This document shows, one piece after another, positions 17,502 to 26,701 of a stretch of DNA of 64,000 nt. Made by a program: the position numbers and the translations under genes. Numbering within the stretch: the first letter of the stretch is position 1; the number at the start of each line of letters is the position of its first letter. The notes beneath the pieces are model-generated. The model was not told the origin of the DNA. It saw only the letters and a program-made list of their open reading frames with translations, and did no database searches. This DNA comes from Mycobacteriales bacterium (lineage in GTDB: Bacteria; Actinomycetota; Actinomycetes; DATLTS01), in assembly GCA_035533475.1 (NCBI GenBank), contig DATLTS010000035.1, forward strand, positions 82,507-146,506. Reading direction: 5' to 3'.

Positions 17502-19208
17502 TTAGCGGGAGCCGACCCGGCGACGTCGTCGCCGAAGCAACAGGCCGGCCACCCCGACCACCAACCCGGCCCACGCCAGGCCGGACGGCGCTCCGGTGGC
17601 GGCCAGCGTCGCCCCGCCCGCGACCGCACCGGCGTCCGAGCCGGGTGCGTGGGCGCCCGACCCCGATCCGGTCGCGGCCCGGGTCCCGCCAGGGGTGATG
17701 GTCAACGTCACGACGGCCGCGCCCGGTTCGATGGTCAGGGCCAGTGAGCTCGCCCCGGGCGCCGACACGACGCGGGCGCCGCTCACCCGGGTCCGGTACC
17801 CGTGCGGGTACTGCAACGCGGGGACGTAGACGGTTGTGGTGGTACCGGGCGGATACCTGCCGCCGCCAGGGCGGCCAGCCACGTAGCGGAGGGTGAAAGT
17901 CGCGCTGACCGGATCGAAGTGGTACCCGAGCGGCGTCCCGGCGACGGCCTGCGGGTAGGGCTCGTCGAGGGCTCGGAGAGTCGTCTGGTCGACGTTGGCG
18001 CCGATCGGTGGCTTTTGCGGGTCGTAGACCAGCGCCTCGGCGGACCCGGCGCCGGTCGGGTCACCGCAGGCGCAGTACGCCCATTCGAGCCACGGGACGC
18101 TGTGCGCGTCGGCGAGGCCGACCACCTCGTCGAGCTCGGCGACATCGGTCGTCGCCCCGAACTCGGTGAGGAGGAGGGCGTCCCCGCTGGTGCCCGCCTG
18201 TGACAGCGCGTTGCCGACGGTGCTGGATTCCACCTGGTTGCACAACGATCGGGTCGGCGGGGTCTCCGGCGCGCCGACCGCGGCGAGGCAGTAGGCATGG
18301 AAGCCGAAGCCGCTCCGGGCGTCGCCGACCTTCCCGAGGTATGTGGGGGCGCTGTAGTCGAACGGCAACGCCGGCTCGTAGAAGGCCAGATGGGTGGGGT
18401 CGACCTTGTGGATCGCCGCGATCACCTTCGCGGAGAAGGGAGCCAGCACGGTGCGGTCGAACACCGGGCAGCCGGCCGGCGGGAAACAACCGGGCCAGAC
18501 CGAACCGGGCCAGGGTTCGTTGAAAAGGTCGTAGCCGAGTACGGCTGGGTCGCCGCGGAACGCGGTCGCCAGGTGGGCCCATGCCGCCGCGTACCGGTCC
18601 TGCAGGCCGACCCCACCGGGACCGGCCGCGTTCGCCCAGAAATTGTCGAAAGCCCGGTTGAGCCCGGGCATGACGAAATAGTCGCCCGGGAACCCGGCCT
18701 GCGGCTCGGCCGGCAGCCCGTCGTCCAGCACCATCCACGCCGGCAGCCCTTCGCCCTGGAACCGCTGGTTGTACAGGTCCTGGTGGAAGTCGAGCAGGCT
18801 GCGAATGCCGTACCCGGCCAGCAGGCGAACCGTGCTGGCGATGCTCGCCAGATAGCTCGCGTCATACACCCCCGGCTGCGGTTCCAGCCCTTCGAGGAGC
18901 ACCCCCAGGCGGACCGCGGTGAAGCCGTGCGCGGCCAGGAAGGCCGCGTCGTCCGCGCCGAAGCCGGTCCCGGCCGGCTCGTACGGCGCCCGTTTCACCA
19001 CGACGTTGAAACCGTGGACGATCACCACACGGCCCTGCGCGTCGGTGACCCAGCGGCCTTGGTGACCCAGGACCGACAGTGCGGGCAGCCGGGCCGGCGG
19101 GGCGACCCCGGCCAGGGCACCGGCCTCCGCCGCCGGGCCGGCCGCTGCGATCAGCCCGGCCACGGCGACCGCCAGCAGCCGGCGACGGTAGGACCTCGAT
19201 CTGCCCAC
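17502..19208 (-). CDS. Secreted glycoside hydrolase family 5 (cellulase/endoglycosylceramidase-like) with sortase-E-type LAATG cell-wall sorting signal
   Basis: GH5 'LFNEP' catalytic acid motif (GYDLFNEPW), signal peptide. C-terminal LAATG + hydrophobic stretch + RRRRRR. Start GTG 19208 or 19232 (uncertain). Confidence 0.8.
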   Translation of the reverse strand: MGRSRSYRRRLLAVAVAGLIAAAGPAAEAGALAGVAPPARLPALSVLGHQGRWVTDAQGRVVIVHGFNVVVKRAPYEPAGTGFGADDAAFLAAHGFTAVRLGVLLEGLEPQPGVYDASYLASIASTVRLLAGYGIRSLLDFHQDLYNQRFQGEGLPAWMVLDDGLPAEPQAGFPGDYFVMPGLNRAFDNFWANAAGPGGVGLQDRYAAAWAHLATAFRGDPAVLGYDLFNEPWPGSVWPGCFPPAGCPVFDRTVLAPFSAKVIAAIHKVDPTHLAFYEPALPFDYSAPTYLGKVGDARSGFGFHAYCLAAVGAPETPPTRSLCNQVESSTVGNALSQAGTSGDALLLTEFGATTDVAELDEVVGLADAHSVPWLEWAYCACGDPTGAGSAEALVYDPQKPPIGANVDQTTLRALDEPYPQAVAGTPLGYHFDPVSATFTLRYVAGRPGGGRYPPGTTTTVYVPALQYPHGYRTRVSGARVVSAPGASSLALTIEPGAAVVTLTITPGGTRAATGSGSGAHAPGSDAGAVAGGATLAATGAPSGLAWAGLVVGVAGLLLRRRRRRVGSR

Positions 19209-19340
19209 GACGACCTCGGATCCCGGATGCACGCGGAAGGGGCCGAGGCTACCGCCCGACCGGGGCGGAGAACCGATCGGCGGGCGCGCGCGTCCAACCC
19301 ATGACACGGCCGCGGGCCGCGCGCAAATCCGGGAGGTTCG

Positions 19341-20129
19341 ATGTCGTCTCGCCTGCTGGCTCCGGTCGTTGCCGGGGCCGCATTGATCACCTTGGCTGCC
19401 GGCTGCGGCGGCGGGGGCGGCGCCCCCGCCCGGACCAAACCGCTGGGCACCAACCAGCCGGCCATCGCGCCGGCCGGTTTCACCGGAGCCGGCTCTGGCA
19501 CCACGATCCCCGCCGGGATCACCGTGACCGGCGTGGGGCTGGCGTCCGGCACGCCGGACACGGCGAACCTTCAGATGCACGTCGACGTGACCCGGAGCAG
19601 CGTCGGGGAGGCGCTGGACACGGCGAACGGGGCGGCCGGCGCGGTCCAGGCGGCGCTGGCGCATGACGGCGTGTCCAGCCGGGATCTCGCCACCTCCGGG
19701 CTGTCGCTCAACCCGAGCTACGACAGTCACGGGAACGTCATCGGCTACGAGGTGACCGAGTCGATCACCGCCCAGCTGCGTTCGCTGCGCAACGCCGGAC
19801 GCACGATCGGGGATGCCGTGGCCGCCGGTGGTCCTGCGGTGAGGGTCGACAACCTCTCCCTCGACATCGAGCAGGACAGCGGCCTGCTCGCCGTCGCCCG
19901 CGAGGCGGCGTTCCAGGACGCGCACGGGAAGGCGGCCCAGTACGCGCAGCTCGCCGGCCGGACGTTGGGCCCGGTGGAGAGCATCTCCGAGGTGGTGGCG
20001 ACGCCCTACCCGCAATCGGTCGGCTTGGGCCAGTACAACGCAGGGGCGGCGGCGTCGTCGGCGGTGCCGATCCAGCCGGGCAGCCAGAACCTGAGCATCA
20101 CCGTCACCGTCGTGTACGGGTTGCTGTAG
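19341..20129 (+). CDS. SIMPL/DUF541 family lipoprotein (LpqG-like)
   Basis: Lipobox LAAGC. DUF541-like body. Confidence 0.75.
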   Translation: MSSRLLAPVVAGAALITLAAGCGGGGGAPARTKPLGTNQPAIAPAGFTGAGSGTTIPAGITVTGVGLASGTPDTANLQMHVDVTRSSVGEALDTANGAAGAVQAALAHDGVSSRDLATSGLSLNPSYDSHGNVIGYEVTESITAQLRSLRNAGRTIGDAVAAGGPAVRVDNLSLDIEQDSGLLAVAREAAFQDAHGKAAQYAQLAGRTLGPVESISEVVATPYPQSVGLGQYNAGAAASSAVPIQPGSQNLSITVTVVYGLL

Positions 20130-20139
20130 CGGAGCCCGA

Positions 20140-20976
20140 TCAGCGGGTCCCGCCACCCGCCGCGATCAGGGCGATCCCGACCAGCGCGGCCGCCACGCCG
20201 GCCCCTTGCACCGGCCGCAGCGCCTCGTGGTGGAAACGGCGGGCCAGCAGCACGGTCACCGCGGGATACAGGGAGGCCAGCACGGCGACGACGGCCAGCA
20301 GCCCCCGCGTCGAGGCGACGGCGTAGCAGGCGTTGGCGCACACGTCGGCTATGCCGGTCGCCGCCAGCACCGGGACATCCGACCGGCCGACCCGTGGCGA
20401 GTGGCGCAAGGCGAGCGCGGCGAGGGTAAGCAGCGAAACCCCGGTCGCGCGCATCACGAGCAGTGTCATCACGACGCTCCCCCGACTGCCGCGCGCGATG
20501 AACACGATCGTGACCCCGAAGCCCAGCGCCGCCAGCAGGGCCAGGCCGAGCGGCCGCAGCCCCCCCGGCCTGGCGGCGCTTGGCCCGCTGGCCAACACCA
20601 CGCCGGCCACGGCAGTGGCCAACCCCGCCGCCTGGACTTCTCCCGGCGCGTGGCCGCCGAGCACGCCGACGAGCACCGGCACGGCGACCGAGAGGGCCGC
20701 GATCGGCGCCACCACCCCCATCGTCCCGGTCGCGAGCGCCCGGTAGAACGCGGCCAGCCCCACCAGGCCGGCCAGCCCGGCGAGCGCCGCGTCGAGCGCG
20801 TACCCGCGGGCGTGGAACCCGCCGGTGCCGGCCGCGATCGGCAGGAGCAGGACGAGCGCAACCAGTTGCGAAACGCCGACGACTACCAGCGGGGGCATCC
20901 GCCGCGACACGGTGCCGCCGAGGAAGTCCGACAACCCCCACAGCCCACTCGAGAGCAGGGCGAGCAGGGCGGTCAT
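20140..20976 (-). CDS. EamA/DMT-family transporter
   Basis: 10 TM helices, two EamA-like halves. Confidence 0.8.
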   Translation of the reverse strand: MTALLALLSSGLWGLSDFLGGTVSRRMPPLVVVGVSQLVALVLLLPIAAGTGGFHARGYALDAALAGLAGLVGLAAFYRALATGTMGVVAPIAALSVAVPVLVGVLGGHAPGEVQAAGLATAVAGVVLASGPSAARPGGLRPLGLALLAALGFGVTIVFIARGSRGSVVMTLLVMRATGVSLLTLAALALRHSPRVGRSDVPVLAATGIADVCANACYAVASTRGLLAVVAVLASLYPAVTVLLARRFHHEALRPVQGAGVAAALVGIALIAAGGGTR

Positions 20977-21086
20977 CGGCGTGACCCTACGACCGCCTAC
21001 GACCGCCTACGACCGGATACGGCCGGAAGAGCCCGAGGGCGTGTCATCCCGCTCCGGCGGACGCCGCCCGCGCTTACCCTTCGGTT

Positions 21087-21689
21087 GTGCCCCCGCCCCG
21101 ACCCCCAGCGCTGCCCCCGGGCTTCGCCCGCGCGGTGGCCGGCCTGCGGGCGGCCGACCTGCGGCCCGAGGTGACGGTCGGCGAGGCGCCGGCCCCGCAA
21201 CGGCTGGCGCCGTTCGCGGTGGCGCTCTCCGCGGAGGTCGCGCTCGACGGGACGGAGCTGGCCACCGGGCGCCTGGTCGTCCTGCACGACCCCGAGGGCC
21301 AGGATGCCTGGGAGGGTGAGACTCGGATCGTCGCGTTCGCGCACGCGCCGCTGGACCCGCACATGGGCGCCGACCCGCTGCTGCCTGCCGTCGGTTGGAG
21401 CTGGCTACTCGACGCGTTGACCGGGGCCGGGGCGGAGCACGCGGCCGCCGGCGGCACGGTCACCCGGGTCGCGTCGGAGCGGTTCGGAACGCTGGTCAGC
21501 CAACCCGAGGCGGCCGAGGTCGAGATCCGGGCCTCATGGTCGCCGGTCGGCGAGGACTTGGCCCCACACCTCAGAGCCTTTGCGGAGCTGCTGTGCTCTG
21601 CGGCCGGGCTTCCACCGACGACGCCTGGTGTGGTGGCGATCCCGCCCACCCGACGTGCCCGCCATCCGCGAGCTCGCGCCCGGGGGTAG
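21087..21689 (+). CDS. DUF3000-family protein
   Basis: 'LRPEVTVGEAPAPQRLAPFA' family signature. 3' end overlaps convergent kinase gene, so exact end uncertain. Confidence 0.65.
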   Translation: MPPPRPPALPPGFARAVAGLRAADLRPEVTVGEAPAPQRLAPFAVALSAEVALDGTELATGRLVVLHDPEGQDAWEGETRIVAFAHAPLDPHMGADPLLPAVGWSWLLDALTGAGAEHAAAGGTVTRVASERFGTLVSQPEAAEVEIRASWSPVGEDLAPHLRAFAELLCSAAGLPPTTPGVVAIPPTRRARHPRARARG

Positions 21690-22743
21690 CCTGCGGCAGG
21701 TCGGTTCCGTGGCCCGCCGGACCGAGGGGCAGCCGGAGGGTCAAGGTGGTTCCGTCGTGCGGCCAGGACGTCACGTCGAGTGAGCCACCGGCCAGTCGGG
21801 CCCGTTCGCGGAGCAACCCGAGCCCCACGTGCCGGCCGCGGACGGGCCGTACCTGGTCGGGATCGAATCCCGGCCCGGCGTCGGACACCGCCGCGGTGAC
21901 CCCCTCGCGATCGACGAACAGCGCAGCCTGCGCCTCGTCGACATCGGCGTGTTTCACGACGTTCAGGAGCGCCTCCTGGAAGAACCGGTAGACGGTGACC
22001 GCGGTGACCAGCGGCAGGGGGTGCGCCTCCGCGGGCCAGGCGATCCGAACCGTGAGCCCGTACCTGGTGAGCAGATCGTCGCGCAGCGCGCCGACGGCCT
22101 GCGCCAGGTCGTCGTCACGCAGCGCCGGTGGGCGGGTCCGGGCCATCACCGCCCGGACCTGATCCTCGGCCTCCGCGACGAAGTCCCCGGCAGCAGCGAT
22201 CTCCTGCGGGGTTTCGGCGCCGGAAAGATGCGATCGGGCCAGCGACAAGGTCTGCGCGACGGTGTCGTGCAGCTCGGCGGCGAGTTGCCCGCGAGCGCCT
22301 TCTTCGGCCGCGACGAGCCCCGAGAGAAGCTCGAACATGCCGATGCTTGCCGTTTGTGCGGATCGACGGTGGCGCTCCGCGACCTCGTCGGCGACGCGGA
22401 CCCGAAGATGCAGCGCCTCGAGGGTGCGGGCCAGTTCGTTGACCTCGGAGCTGGAGCGGACGGACAGCGAACCGGTCGAGGTCGAGCCGCTCGGGTCGTG
22501 CAACCGGCGGATCGCCTGCGCGCGCAGCACGCGCAGGCCCCGGGTGTAGCGGGTCGCGGCGAACGCGGCAAGCGCGCCAGCCACCGCGGCCACCGCGAAG
22601 CCGGCCAGGAAAGCCGCCGGACGCGACGGCGCCCCGCTGACGGCCATCGCCACGCCGACGGCGGCCGCGCAACCGAAGAACGCCCCACCACCCGCCAGCA
22701 ACGGCAGTGGGAGGCCCGAGGTGGATCGGCGCCAGGGCATCAC
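21571..22743 (-). CDS. Sensor histidine kinase, NarL/DesK type (HisKA_3 + HATPase_c), 2 TM
   Basis: 'LAAELHDTVAQTLS' H-box. 'GLGLLRERARLAGG' G-box region. GTG-ATG start overlapping upstream gene stop. Confidence 0.8.
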   Translation of the reverse strand: MMPWRRSTSGLPLPLLAGGGAFFGCAAAVGVAMAVSGAPSRPAAFLAGFAVAAVAGALAAFAATRYTRGLRVLRAQAIRRLHDPSGSTSTGSLSVRSSSEVNELARTLEALHLRVRVADEVAERHRRSAQTASIGMFELLSGLVAAEEGARGQLAAELHDTVAQTLSLARSHLSGAETPQEIAAAGDFVAEAEDQVRAVMARTRPPALRDDDLAQAVGALRDDLLTRYGLTVRIAWPAEAHPLPLVTAVTVYRFFQEALLNVVKHADVDEAQAALFVDREGVTAAVSDAGPGFDPDQVRPVRGRHVGLGLLRERARLAGGSLDVTSWPHDGTTLTLRLPLGPAGHGTDLPQATPGRELADGGHVGWAGSPPHQASSVEARPQSTAAPQRL

Positions 22744-24165
22744 AGCGAGAGGTTCGCCTCCGCGAGGATGCCCGTCGTGGTCCAGTGCTCCGGGGTCCGC
22801 AGATCGAGCGGTCCGTCGTCGGCGGCGGTCCCGGTGAGCCGCGCCAGCTCCGGGTCCGCGGCGATCGCGATCGCCCCGAGGAGCGAGGCGACGGCCCGTT
22901 CCACGGCGTGCAGCTCATCCACGATGTCGGTGACCTGATCGGGTTCGGTGGCGGCCAGCCGGGCCAGCCGGGACGTGGTCTCGCGGAGCACCGCGAGGCT
23001 CGGTGCGGTGTGCGCCCCGATGTCACCGAGGGCCCGGGCCGCGCCTTCCGCCGCCTCCGCCTTCTCCAGCGCCTCGGCCCGGGAGGCGGTCAGTTCGGCC
23101 AGCGACAGCCAGGATTCGGCTTGCCGCACGAGGACCTGGGCGAGCATGATCTCGCGCCGCCCGAAGCCGGCCGCGCCGGCCGGCCGGCGGGCGATCAGAA
23201 CGGCCAGCGGTGAGCCGCTGTCGCCGAGCACCGCCGAGCAGTACGGGCGCCCCTCGACGTGGCCGGTCCGCACCCCGCCGGCGCCGAGCGCCTGGAGGAC
23301 CCATGGCGAGTCGAACGCCTCCGGGTCGACCCGCCGGCGGGCGATCCCGTGCTCGTCACCGGTGAAGCGGATCGGGCCGTCCGCCCCCACCAGCACCATC
23401 TCGACGTCAGCGCCCCCGAACAGTCGCGCGGCGGCGGTGAGGACGACCAGGGCCGAGCTGTCCGTCGAGCGCCCGGCGGCCTGCTCCTGGAGGCGGGCGA
23501 GCTCGGCGAACAGCCGCGCTTCGGCGGCCCTGGAGGTCTGCTCGTCGTAGGAGAGCCAGAGCAGCAGGAGCGGGACGATCAGCCCGGCGACCCCGAATGG
23601 GGCGTGGAGGAGCAGCCAGGCGCCCAGCACCCCGAGGCTGGACGTGCCGGAGGAGTGCACCGCGGAAAGCGGGGCGGATTCCCAGAGCAGCCGGAGCAAC
23701 CGCTGGTTGGACATCACGGCGACCGCGTGGGCGATCAGCAGGTTGTTGACGAGCCAGAACACCCCCATGCCGGCGATGCCGCCGGGGACCCCGCCACCCA
23801 CCAGATGGGAGGTGGCGGCCGCCAGGGCAGTGCCGGCGCAGAACTGGGCGACGTTGTACTCGAACTTGAGCCGGGGCTGGCGCCGCACGGCGAGTGCGAC
23901 GACGATGCCGAGCGCGGCCGCGACGATGACCCACCCGCCCGGGTCGAGCACGAACGCGGCCGCCAGCGCCGCCTCGGTGAGCGAGAACGTCCAGCGTTGC
24001 CGGCCGAAGGCAAGGTGCACGACGGCGATCTCGCAACCGGCGACGGCGCCGGCGAGCAGGGGCAGCCCCCACCAGGCGACCTGGCCATAGCCCAGCCGGA
24101 AGCCGACGATCACCGCCGCCACGGACGCGAGGGTGCCGACGGTGCGGACCCGGCGGGTCGGGGTC
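22740..24165 (-). CDS. Polytopic membrane protein with C-terminal cytoplasmic GAF-like sensor domain
   Basis: About 6 TM helices then soluble domain. GTG start with GGGGAGG RBS one nt after the subtilase stop. Listed N-terminal Pro/Gly-rich extension is antisense of the subtilase repeat and rejected. Confidence 0.65.
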
Positions 24166-24168
24166 ACC

Positions 24169-25719
24169 TCAGCCTCCCCACGACTCGTCGGACCAGGTCG
24201 ACGCCGACCAGGTCGAGGCGGACCAGGTGGAGGCCGACCAGGTCGAGGCCGACCAGGTCGACGCGGACCAGGTGGAGGCGGACCAGGTGGAGGCCGACCA
24301 GGTGGAGGCCGACCAGGTGGAGGCGGACCAGGTCGAGGCCGTCCAGGCCGGCCCCGACCACCCGCTGGCCAGCCACTGCTCCCACGAACCATTCAGCCAG
24401 GCGTTTCCCTGCCACTGCTGGGAGTCGAAGCCGGCCATGCCGGACCACTGGTCGGTGGCGTCCGCGCTAAGCATCCGGTCGGCGATCTCGAGCAACCCGG
24501 CGCCAGCCGCGATCCCCGCGGTAGGACCGGAGATGGCGTCGGCCGAGCGGCGCAGCGACGCCTTGGCCTCGAGCGGGCTGGCGCCGCGGTGCTCACTGAA
24601 GAAGATGGCGGCGACCCCGCTGGCGATCGCGGTCGCCATGCTCGAGCCTGACCCACGGAACAGGCCGCTCGGTTGCCAGCCCTGCGGGTTCTGCTCGGCG
24701 ATCACCGAGTTCGCCGGCATCTCACCGAGCACGTGGACACCGGAGGCGACCAGGTCTGGTTTGGCCACACCGGCCACCAGGCCCGAGCCGGAGAAGTCGG
24801 CGACCCGCGGCGCCTCGCCGGTCGTGTCCGCGGCGCCGACCGTGAGCGCCGCGACGTCATCCCCCGGGTCACCGACCTGACCGGGCGTGTTGCCCACGGC
24901 GACGACCGGCAGGACCCCCGCGGCGAACACGTGCTCGATCCCGGCGGTCAACGGATCGGCCCCGTAGTCCGGTGCCATCGGCCGGACCTGGGCGAGCGCG
25001 ATGTTGACGACTTGGATCGCCCGCGCGTGGGCGGCCACCCAGTCCAGGCCGGCGAGCACCTCGGACAGCGAGGTGGTGCCGGTGTCGTCGGCAACCTTGA
25101 CCACGACGATCCGGGCTCCCGGCGCGACGCCCAGGGCCTGACCGTGACTTCCCGGTGCGGGGCCCCCGGCGATCAGCGAGGACAGGAAGGTGCCGTGCCC
25201 GTAGCCATCGGTGAACGTTCCGCTGGTCTGCGCCTGTCCCCCGTTGAACAGCTGCGAGACGTCGACCCCGTCGGTCACCTGACCCGAGGCCCGGTTCAGG
25301 GCGGGGGTGTCGGTGAGGCCGGTGTCGAGGACCGCGACGTTGACACCGGTGCCCGCCTCCGGCGATCCGGCTCTGCCGCCGAGCCCGGCGGACGCGAACA
25401 CCGAACCGTCGCCCGACCCGTCCTGGCCGCGGCCCTGCACCGCGAAGCGGGAGTCCCCGGCGATGCCGAGCACGCCGGGGGCGTGGGCCAACCGGGCGAG
25501 GGCGTCGGGCGTGCCGCTGACGACCTCGCTTTGGACGTGCACCAAGTTCGCCAGGAGCCGCACGCCGGGCACCGTCACCGGGTGCGTCGAGGCGAGCGCC
25601 ACGACCGCGGTGACCGGGCGCCCGGTTGGTGCCACGGCAAGGGCAGGCGTCACCGACAGCGCGAGGGCGCCGGCGGCGACCGCCGCCACTAGTGCTGCCG
25701 AGCGTCGGGAGTCGGGCAC
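24169..25719 (-). CDS. Secreted subtilisin-like serine protease (S8) with C-terminal Trp-rich (STWSA)x10 repeat
   Basis: D (VAVLDTG), H (GHGTF) and S (GSSMATA) catalytic triad motifs. Signal peptide. Confidence 0.85.
   Translation of the reverse strand: MPDSRRSAALVAAVAAGALALSVTPALAVAPTGRPVTAVVALASTHPVTVPGVRLLANLVHVQSEVVSGTPDALARLAHAPGVLGIAGDSRFAVQGRGQDGSGDGSVFASAGLGGRAGSPEAGTGVNVAVLDTGLTDTPALNRASGQVTDGVDVSQLFNGGQAQTSGTFTDGYGHGTFLSSLIAGGPAPGSHGQALGVAPGARIVVVKVADDTGTTSLSEVLAGLDWVAAHARAIQVVNIALAQVRPMAPDYGADPLTAGIEHVFAAGVLPVVAVGNTPGQVGDPGDDVAALTVGAADTTGEAPRVADFSGSGLVAGVAKPDLVASGVHVLGEMPANSVIAEQNPQGWQPSGLFRGSGSSMATAIASGVAAIFFSEHRGASPLEAKASLRRSADAISGPTAGIAAGAGLLEIADRMLSADATDQWSGMAGFDSQQWQGNAWLNGSWEQWLASGWSGPAWTASTWSASTWSASTWSASTWSASTWSASTWSASTWSASTWSASTWSASTWSDESWGG
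24181..24340. repeat. Perfect in-frame 15-bp tandem repeat x ~10 (GACCAGGTSGASGCS) inside the subtilase 3' end
   Basis: Read directly from sequence. Confidence 0.9.
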
Positions 25720-25983
25720 CCGTCATCCCTTCGTCGCAGGGCCCGCCCAGGCGGGTGTTCCGTTCTGTTCGCATACCTCGGCAGCAGCGGCGCTGGACTT
25801 TCGGCCGGCGCACCGGGTTCATCCGCACGGAGCAGTGCCGACCGCACGCGGACTGGTTAGCCCAGGCGGCCCAGTTCGGCACGGAAACGGGCTACAGCCG
25901 GCCGGCGCCGCAGCCGATGCACAGGCTGAGGCCCGGTAAGGGCCGAGACCCGGCAAGGGCCGGACCGCGCCCGAGGAGGATCC

Positions 25984-26664
25984 GTGTCGATGCTCGCCGA
26001 GCGGCCGATCACGCCGCAGCAGGGCGCGTCACTGGGCTTTTCCGCCATGGTCGTGGACGACCATCCGCTCGTCCGCGAGTCGATGGTGGCCCGGCTGATG
26101 GCCATGGGCGCCCGCGAGGTCGTCGAAGCGGCGAGCGTCGCCGAGGCCCGCGCGCGTGCCCACGCCGGTGGTCCCCGCGACCTGTGCATCCTCGACGTGG
26201 GCCTCCCGGACGGCTCCGGTCTCGACCTGCTGGCGGACCTTCGAGCCAACGGCTGGGCCCGGCTCGTCGTCCTGTCCGCCGCGGACGACCCCTACTCGGT
26301 GCGTGCCGCGTTCGTCGCCGGCGCCCAGGGCTACCTGCTCAAGTCGGCGTCACCACTCGTCGTGGCTGACGGGGTGCGCCGGGTCCTCGACGGTGGCGTG
26401 TACGCGGACCCCTCCGTCGCGTCGCTGCTCGCCGCCGGCCTGCGGGGCGGCCCGAGCACCGAAGGCGTCAGCGAGCTGTCCGGCCGCGAGGTCGAGGTGC
26501 TCCGTCTGGTCGCCGATGGACGCTCGAACAAGGAAATCGGCGAAGACCTCGGCCTGTCCGCGCTGACTGTGAAAAGCCACCTGGCCCGGATCGCGCGCAA
26601 GCTTGGAACCGGTGACCGGGCGGAGATGGTCGCCCTCGCCATGCGGGCCGGCGTCATCCGCTAG
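25984..26664 (+). CDS. LuxR/NarL-family two-component response regulator
   Basis: REC domain (D..D, 'LSAADDP', K). C-terminal LuxR HTH 'LSGREVEVLRLVADGRSNKEIGEDLGLSALTVKSHL'. Divergent from the protease-sensor-HK operon. Confidence 0.85.
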   Translation: MSMLAERPITPQQGASLGFSAMVVDDHPLVRESMVARLMAMGAREVVEAASVAEARARAHAGGPRDLCILDVGLPDGSGLDLLADLRANGWARLVVLSAADDPYSVRAAFVAGAQGYLLKSASPLVVADGVRRVLDGGVYADPSVASLLAAGLRGGPSTEGVSELSGREVEVLRLVADGRSNKEIGEDLGLSALTVKSHLARIARKLGTGDRAEMVALAMRAGVIR

Positions 26665-26701
26665 ACCCGCAACTCCCCGCCCGGCCGCTTACGGTAGTCG
26701 G

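Noticed and set aside
24181-24340. Possible CRISPR array
   Set aside because: Units are 15 bp, contiguous with no spacers, and lie in-frame inside a protease gene. No cas genes. A coding tandem repeat.
22740-24392. Pro/Gly-rich N-terminal extension (PPPGRPPPG...) of the membrane sensor ORF
   Set aside because: It is the antisense reading of the subtilase 15-bp tandem repeat. The real start is the GTG at ~24165 with GGGGAGG RBS.
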